DNA from: the human T2T-CHM13v2.0 reference genome, Homo sapiens
Length of the DNA: 64,000 nucleotides
NCBI RefSeq assembly: GCF_009914755.1
Contig: NC_060944.1
Reading direction: 5' to 3' (one strand)
Shown: positions 56,301 to 64,000 of the stretch, in pieces
How the letters are laid out: each line of letters begins with the position of its first letter
Numbering within the stretch: the first letter of the stretch is position 1
Position numbers and translations under genes: made by a program
Notes under the pieces: generated by a model
Told to the model about the DNA's origin: nothing
Database searches by the model: none
Seen by the model: the letters and a program-made list of their open reading frames with translations, nothing else

Positions 56301-59300
56301 TAAGAATAATTGATGTTCCTAGGGAGAAAAGAAAATAACAAATCTGGAAAAGATATTTGAGGGAATAATTGAGGAAAATATCCCTGGCCTGGCTAGAGAT
56401 CTAGATATCCAAATCCAAGAAGCTCAAAGAACTTCTGGGAAATTCATTGCAAAAACATCTTCACCAAGGCATATAGTCATCAGGCTATCTAAAGCCAACA
56501 TGAAGGAAAGAATTCTAAGAGCAGTAAGACAAAAGTATCAGGAAACCTACAAAGGAAAACCTATCAAACTAACAGCAGACTTCTCAGCAGACACCTTACA
56601 AGCTAGAAGGGATTGGGGTCCTCTCTTTAATCTCCTTAAACAGAACAATTTTCAGCCAAGAATTTTGTACCCTGCAAAACTAAGTTTAATAAATAAAGAA
56701 GAAATAAAGTAATTTTCAGACAAACAAATGTTCAGGGAATTTGTTACTACCATACCAGCACTACAATAAATGCTAAAAGGTGTTCTAAACCTTGAAACAA
56801 AAACCCAATATGCACGAAAATAGAATCTCTTGGAAGCCTAAAACTCACAGGGCCTACAAAACAATAACACAATGAAAAAAAAATTATCTAGGTAACATTT
56901 AACATGATGAAGAGAACAGTACCTCACTTCTCAATATTAATGTTGAATGTAAATGGCCTAAGTGCTCCACTTAAAAGATACAGAATGGCAAAATGGATAA
57001 AAAATCACAATCCAAATATCTACTGTCTTCCTGAGACTCACCTAACATAGAGGGATTCATATAAACTCAAGGTAACATGGTGGAAAAAGATATTCCACAC
57101 AAATGGAAGCCAAAAGCAAGCAGGAGTAGCTTTTCTTATATCAGACAAAACAGACTTCAAAGCAACAACAGTATAAAAGGACAAAGATGGTCACTATATA
57201 ATTATAAAAGGATCAATCCAACAAGAAGATATTACAATCCTAAATTTATAAGCACCTAACACTAGATCTCCCAGATTCATAAAACCACTACTAATAGATC
57301 TAAGAAATGAGACAGACAGCAACACAGTAATAGTAGAAGACTTTAATATACCACTGACAGCACTGGGCAGATCATCAAGACAGAAAGTCAACAGAGAAAT
57401 AATGGACTTAAATTACAACCTAGAACGAATGGACTTAACAGATATTTACAGAACATTCTACCCCCAAACTACAGAATATACATTCTTCTCATCAGCACAA
57501 AATAGACCATATGCTAGGTCACAAAACAAGTCTCAATAAATTTTTAAAAATCAAAATCATATCAAGTATCATCTCAGACTACAGTGGAATAAAACTAGAA
57601 ATTAACTCCAAAAGAAGCCCTCCAAACTATACAAATACACAGAAATTAAATAATCCACTCCTGAATGATAACTCGGTTAATGATGAAATCAAGATGGAAA
57701 TTAAAAAATTATTTGAATTGAATGATAATAATGACACAAGTTATCGAAACCTCTGGGAAACAGCAAAAGCAGTGTTAAAAGGAAAGTTTACAGCACTAAA
57801 TGCCTACATCAAAAAGTCTGACAGAGCACAAATTGACAACCTAATATCATGCTCCAAGGAACTAAAGAAACAAGACCAAACTAAACCCAAAGCTAGAAGA
57901 AGGAAAGAAATAACAAAGCTCAGAGCAGAACTAAATGAAATTCAAACAACAACAACAAAATACAAAAGATCAATAAAACAAGAAGCTGGTTCTTTGAAAA
58001 ACTAAACAAAATAGATAGACCATTAGCTGGATTAACCAAGAAGAGAAAAGATGCAAAGAAGACCAATTAGAAATGAAACTGGAGCCATTACTACTGACAC
58101 CACAGAAATACAAAAGATCATTTGAGACTACTATGAACACCTTTATGCACATAAACTAGAAAACCTAGAGGAAATGGATGAATTCCTGGAAACATACAAC
58201 CCTCCTATATTAAATCCAGAAGAAATAGAAACTCTGAACAGACCAATAACAAGTAGCGAGATTGAATCGGTAATCAAAAAAATGGCAAACAAAAAAAAAG
58301 GTCCAGGACCAGATGGATTCACAACTGAATTCTATCAGACATCCAAAGAAGAATTGATATCAATCCTGCTGAAACTATTTCAAAAGATAGAGAAAGAAGG
58401 AATCCTCCCTAAATCATTCTATGAAGCCAGTATCACCCTATTATCAAAACCAGAAAAGGACATAACAAAAAAAAGAAAACTACAGACCAATTTCCCTGAT
58501 GAACATAGATGCAAAAATCCTTAACAAAATACTAGCTAACCAAATTCAACAACACAACAAAAAGATAGTTCATCATGATCAAGTGGACTTCAACCCAGGG
58601 ATGCAGGGATGGTTTAACATACACAAGTCAATAAATGTGATACATCACATAAACAGAATTAAAAACAAAAGCCATATGATCATCTCTATAGATGCAGAAA
58701 AAGGATTCAACAAAATCCAGCATTCCTTTATGATAAAAACTCTCCTCTCAAAAAACTAGGCATAGAAGAGTCCTACCTCAAAAAAATAAAAGCCATAGAT
58801 GAGAAACCTATGCCAATATCCTACTGAATGGGAAAAAGTTGAAAGCATTCCCCCAAGAACAAGAATAAGGCAGGGATGCCCACTTTCACTACTTCTATTC
58901 AACATAGTTCTGGATATCCTAGCCAGAGAAATTAGGCAAGAGAAAGAAGTAAAGAGCATTCAAATGGGAAAAGAGGAAGTCAAACTATTGCTCTTTGCAG
59001 ATGATATGATTATATACCTAGAAAATCCTAAAGACTCCTCCAAAAGACTCCTAGATTTGATAAATGAATTTGATAAAGTCTCAGGTTACAAAATCAACGT
59101 ACACAACTCAGCAGCACTGCTGCACACCAACAACCACCAAACTGAGAATCAAATGAAGAACTCAGTCCCAAACAACTGCAAAATAAAATACCTAGGAAAA
59201 CAAACAACAGTTGTAAAATAAATAAAATACATAGGAATATACTTAACCAAGAAAGTGAAAAATCTCTACAACAAGAACTCCAAAACACTGCTAAAAGATA

Positions 59301-60048
59301 TGATAGGTGACACAAACAAATGGAAACACATCCCATGCTCTTGGATTGGAAGAATCAATATTAAGGAAATGAGCATAATGCCCAAAGCAATCTACAAATT
59401 CAATGCAATTCCCATAAAAATGCTAGGAGCATTTTTCACAGAATTAGAAAAAACAATCCTAAAATTCATATGGAACAAAAAAAAAGAGCCTGCATAGCCA
59501 AAGCAATACTAAGCAAAAAGAACAGACCTGAAGGCATCACATTACCAGACTTCAAATTATACTACAAGGCTATAGTTACCAAAATAGCATGGTACTAGTA
59601 TAAAAGTAGGCACATAGACCAATGGAACAGAATAAAGAACCAAGAAATAGAGCCCAATATGTGCAGCCAATTGATCTTCAACAAAACATGCAAAAATATA
59701 AGTTGGGGAATGGACACCCTATTTAATAAGTGGTGCCGGGAAAACTGGCAAGCTACATGTAGAAGAATGAAACTGGATTCTCATCTCTCACTTCATACAA
59801 AAATCAATTCAAGATGAATCAATGACTTAAATATAAACCTAGAACTATAAAAATTCTGGAAGACAAGGTTGGAAAAACTCTTCTAGGCATCAGCCTCAGC
59901 AAAGAATTCATGACTAAGCCCCAAAAGCAAATGCAACAAAAACAAAAATGAATAAATGGGACCTAATTAAACTAAAAAGCTTCTGAACAGCAAAATAAAT
60001 AATCAGCAGAGTAAACAAACAACACATACAGTTGGAGAAGATATTCCC
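53398..60048 (+). mobile_element. L1PB-type LINE with long 5'UTR, decayed ORF1 and ORF2, 3'-truncated
   Basis: 5' 'caagatggcagattag'; ORF1p peptide at 56500 (MKERILRAVRQK...TADFSADTLQARRDW); ORF2 endonuclease/RT peptides at 57511-59497 including LFADD. Ends abruptly with no 3'UTR or poly(A). Confidence 0.9.
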
Positions 60049-61029
60049 AAGTCAAGTTACAATTGACTGGTAAGGATACCGAGGCCCACGATGGTGGAGT
60101 GCCTTGTCCCAGATCACAGAGCTGGGAAATGTCAGAGCTGAGATGTGGCACAGGTGATGGGGCTCCAACCCATGCTCTCCTAACCACTGTGCTACTGACA
60201 CTCAGTAATAACCCTAACACCATCACCATCCAGAACTCTGTGCACATCCTCTCCAATCCCCACAGAGTCCATAATGGTGACCATGATCATCACCATTTCA
60301 CAAATGGGAAAACTGAGGACTCGAGGGTAGCCAAGACTTTACCAAGATCACACAACCTTGGGAAAACAACCCCATCATTTACTGGTCTATTCTCTCCCCA
60401 GATTAGCTGTATCCTCTTAACATCCTGGAATGATTGGTGTAATTATCTACACCCTACATATGAAGAAACAGGCTCAGCAAAGGGAACTGGGTTGCCTGAG
60501 ATCACACAGCCTTGAAATAACACGTGATTTGGGAGAGTGCCTACAATGTGTTAGGTGATTTACAGAGAGAATCTTAAGTCCTTTCCACTCTCCTAAAGGA
60601 GTCCAAGATTGTCATGATTTTACAGATGAGAAAACTGAGACTAAGAGAGATGAAGGCACTGTCTTCTTATCCCCCGTGCATGACTTGGGCATTTCCTGTG
60701 TTTTGCCAAGCTTCCCTGTTCATCAAAGAGTAAGCACTAGAACTTCAACATCCCCAACAATGACTGCCACCTCCCTTGTCCCTTTCAGATTCTTGACTTA
60801 ATGCAATTCTAGGGAGAAGTCTCCCTTCTGGGTGCCCAGGGCTGGTTACTCTGTAGTTCTCCCCTTGGGCTCCCTATGGTTACTCTGTACCCATAAACAG
60901 AAGACCTTGGGTTCCTAATAGCCCAAAAAAGAATGTAAACTCTTGCTCACACGGGGCATGAGAACTCTAGGAAATGTCTCATTCCCACCCACATCCTTAG
61001 TCTTCGGCACCATGAGTGGGTGGGCACGT

Positions 61030-61705
61030 TGTAATGGCCCAAGTGGCTCACCTTGCCCATTGCCTAGACAGAGTCGATTTATGAAGACAGGGGAATTGCT
61101 TGAAAGAGTAATTCACACAATTCTGGCTTTGCGGGAGACCAGAGATTTATTATTACTCAAATCAGTCTCTCCGAGCATTTGGGGAGCAGAGTTTTTAAGG
61201 ATAAGTTGGTGGGTAAGGAGAAGCCAGTGAGCCAGGAGTTCTGATTGCTCAGGGATGAAACCATAGGGAGTCGAAGCTGTCTTCCTGAGCTGAGTCAGTT
61301 CCTGGGCAGGTGGCCATAAGAGCAGAGGAGCCAGTTTTTGGATCTGGGTGGTGCCGGATGATACATCAAGTTCAGAGTCTGCCAAATATCTCAAGCACTG
61401 ATCTTAGGAGCAGTTTAGGGAGGGTCAGAATCTTGTAGCCTCCAGCTGCATGACTCCTAAACCATAATTTCTCATCTTGTGGCTAATGTTAGTCCTACAA
61501 AGGCATTCTAGTCTCCAGGCAAGAAGGTCTGCTTTGGGAAAGGGCTGTTACCATCTTTGTTTAAACTATAAACTAAGTTTCTCCCAAAGTTAGTTCAGCC
61601 TACGTCCAGGAATGAACGAGGACAGCTTGGAGGTTAGAAGCAAGATGGAGTCAGTTAAGTTAGATCTCTTTCACTGTCTCTCATAATTTTGCAAAGGTGG
61701 TTTCA
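61030..61705 (-). mobile_element. LTR8 (ERV1) solo LTR
   Basis: Minus strand begins TGAAACCACCTTTGCAAAATTATGA...GACAGTGAAAGAGATCTAACTTAACTGACTCCATCTTGC; TG...CA termini. Confidence 0.88.
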
Positions 61706-62760
61706 GTGTGGTCTGCTGAAAGGCAGGAGGCTGGACTCAGCTCCATGGATGCTGCTCGATGAAGGAGAAATGGCACATGTAAGAAGAGTCCTAAATGCCA
61801 AGACATATCTTTTAGGACAGGTTCAACATAACATATAATGCCTGCAGGAACTTTCTGATGGGGGTTGTCAAGCCAGCCCCTCCTACCCACACAAGAAGAA
61901 GCCTTTTTTTTCTTTTTTTTTTTTAATGTTTAGTGATATAGAACAGAACAATACAACAGTTTAGAACGAGAAGGTTGAAGCATTTCCCTACACTTCAGCA
62001 AGCACAGCTGGGTGTTGCGGAGACAAGGGCTGTGTGTCAGGCAGCTGGGGGTCAAACCTTGGCTCCTCTGCCTGCTCACAAGTCAGGTCCCCTCTCTAAA
62101 CCTGTGTCCTCATCTATAAATGAGGCAGCAAATGGTCTCCCTCTCATAGCACTGGTTATAAGGAGAAAATGCCAGATGAAGACACAGCATCTGGGACAGC
62201 TGCCACTCTTTGGTCCCCTCCTCACTTTTCTCCAATCTAATCCAGGGCATCGTTTAGGTTAATGGCTTGGAAAACAGGAATGAACACTCTACTAGGAGTC
62301 AGCACATCTGAGTTACTCCTGAGCCTTAATAAGGGTGCTTGCCTAGGCACAATATGAACCATCGTGGAATTTCAATGTCTTTGTAATATCTGCAAAATCA
62401 GGGTAAAACCACCTTCCCTACCTATGTTCAAGGGATGCAGGGTGGTGGTGGGGGGTGCTGATTATTTCAACATCAAGAAGAAAACATTAGCAATAGCTAC
62501 ATACCTTAAAACACACACACCCTGTGACCCGGCAATGTCACTTCCAGTGGGTGTCTTCCACCTGAGCAGGATGACGCATGTACATATACAAGGCCACCCA
62601 CTGCAGCGTTGTTTTAGTAGCCCAAGGTTGGGAACAACTTACATATCCATTAACAGAAGACTGTAAACTAAGTTTGATAGCTCCATAAGTTGGAGTACTC
62701 TACAGGTATTAATTGAGCAGCTGTCTATGTCCTGATATAGAATCTTTATATAAAATGAAA

Positions 62761-63070
62761 CGGGTCACATGTGGTGCCTCATGCCTGTAATCCCAGCACT
62801 TTGGAAGACCGAGGTGGGTGGATCACCTGAGGTCAGGAGTTCGTGACCAGCCTGGCCAACATGGTGAAACCTTTTCTCTACTAAAAATACAAAAATTAGC
62901 CTGGCACAGTGGCAGGCACCTGTAGTCCCAGCTACTCAGGAGGCTGAGGCAGGAGAATCACTTGAATCTGGGAGGTAGAGGTCTCAGTGAGCCGAAATGT
63001 TGCCACTGCACTGCAGCCTATGTGACAGAGGGAGACTCCATCTCAAAATTAAAATAAAATAAAATAAAAT
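62761..63070 (+). mobile_element. AluS
   Basis: Dimer with an (AAAAT)n tail. Confidence 0.9.
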
Positions 63071-64000
63071 ACTTACTGTTTTCCAGTCAGGCTCGGGGTC
63101 TGAATGTCAGGGGTGTTCTGAACCTCGGGAAGGTGATGAAAAGGGGAAGTGCTGGCTGCCTCTCAGTGGTTATGTTCAAGGAACATCTATTCAGCACCTA
63201 GGATGTACCAGGCTCTTCTGTGGAGACGGTGTCTAACACCAGGGCAAGAAGGACCTGCCTGGAATCGGATCTGAGCTCTAATTTGGATCCCATCACTAAC
63301 TGGCCCTGTGACTGTGGGCAAGACCCATGTCATTTCCTGGCCTCAGGCTCTTGTTTGTCAACAGGGGGTTGGACTGGCTGGTCTGAAGATCCCTCCTGTG
63401 CTAACATCCCAGGATCAGGAGTTAGATTGTGAATCTAGATCTTTGGCAGGAAACCCAAAGTGAGCGTCTTTGCTAACTCTACTGGGAAACCTCTAAGTCA
63501 CTCACATGGGAGGCCTCTTCCCTGGAGAGAGGGATATTCTGAGATGAACCACCTCTGACTGCAGCCTACAGTACCTGTGTAAGTCAATCCCTGAATCACA
63601 CAAGAGTTTCTCTAACAGATCCACAAACACCAAAGCTCACGGCATCTATGCCCAGCAGGGCCATCAGATTAAACAATGGATCTGTGCCTCTCAGAAATCT
63701 TCCCAATGTGATGTTTTTTGAAGATTAAACTAAGAAAAACACAATCCCCCTCCCACCCCGAACAAATTCCTTCTCATTGGAAGGAAAGAGAGGGTAAGGT
63801 TTGTGAGAGACAAGTTTTTCCCTGTTTTGTTCATTGCAGCTTACACAGCAACCAGGGCAGAGCCTGGCACATAGTAGGTTTTCAGTGAGTACCAGTTATA
63901 TAAAAAGGAGACTCGGCCACCCAGAGGGGGAAAATGCTCTGTGGAGGCAGAAGGCAAGATCTGGCCTTGTGCCTGGGCAAGTCACCCAATCTTTCAGTTC

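Larger units (their letters stand above)
60050..64000 (-). pseudogene. Unit C remnant: intron downstream of the IgV exon of a third SIRP paralog
   Basis: 60065-62750 is colinear with unit A 16610-18640; 63075-64000 is colinear with unit B 38340-39285. Confidence 0.85.

Noticed and set aside
56041-59497. L1 ORF1/ORF2 fragments as an active retroelement or domesticated gene
   Set aside because: Many stops and frameshifts, and the 3' end is missing.
60063-60515. 150-aa ORF with a His-rich stretch
   Set aside because: MIR-rich intronic sequence; the paralog at 16445-16834 has a different start and stop, and there is no domain signal.

Overview
Primate (most likely human) genomic DNA from the SIRP (signal regulatory protein) immunoglobulin-superfamily cluster, by family knowledge probably 20p13 just upstream of SIRPG in the SIRPB3P region; that placement is inferred, not visible in the window. 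It holds tandem, minus-strand, old SIRP gene duplications densely filled with repeats (Alu, L1, MaLR/ERV LTRs, Tigger3, MER75B, a 7SL retrocopy). Left to right: (0) the 5' flank of a SIRP gene starting about 130-150 bp left of the window, plus an orphan degenerate leader exon at 3656-3723. (A) A full-architecture SIRP-beta-like pseudogene (leader, IgV, two IgC1, TM, 3'UTR; ~6450-28547) with a disabling lesion in every coding exon. (B) A unit (~36200-50321) whose two IgC1 exons are genomically deleted, but whose leader, IgV and TM exons splice with canonical sites into an uninterrupted 540-nt/179-aa ORF for a single-IgV receptor with a transmembrane lysine. (C) A remnant intron of a third unit fused to a 3'-truncated L1PB. 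The main finding is the intact ORF of unit B. Several rearrangement scars are also readable: a templated insertion with a fold-back hairpin, a perfect recent duplication and an internally deleted L1. Repeat subfamily calls are by eye and need RepeatMasker.
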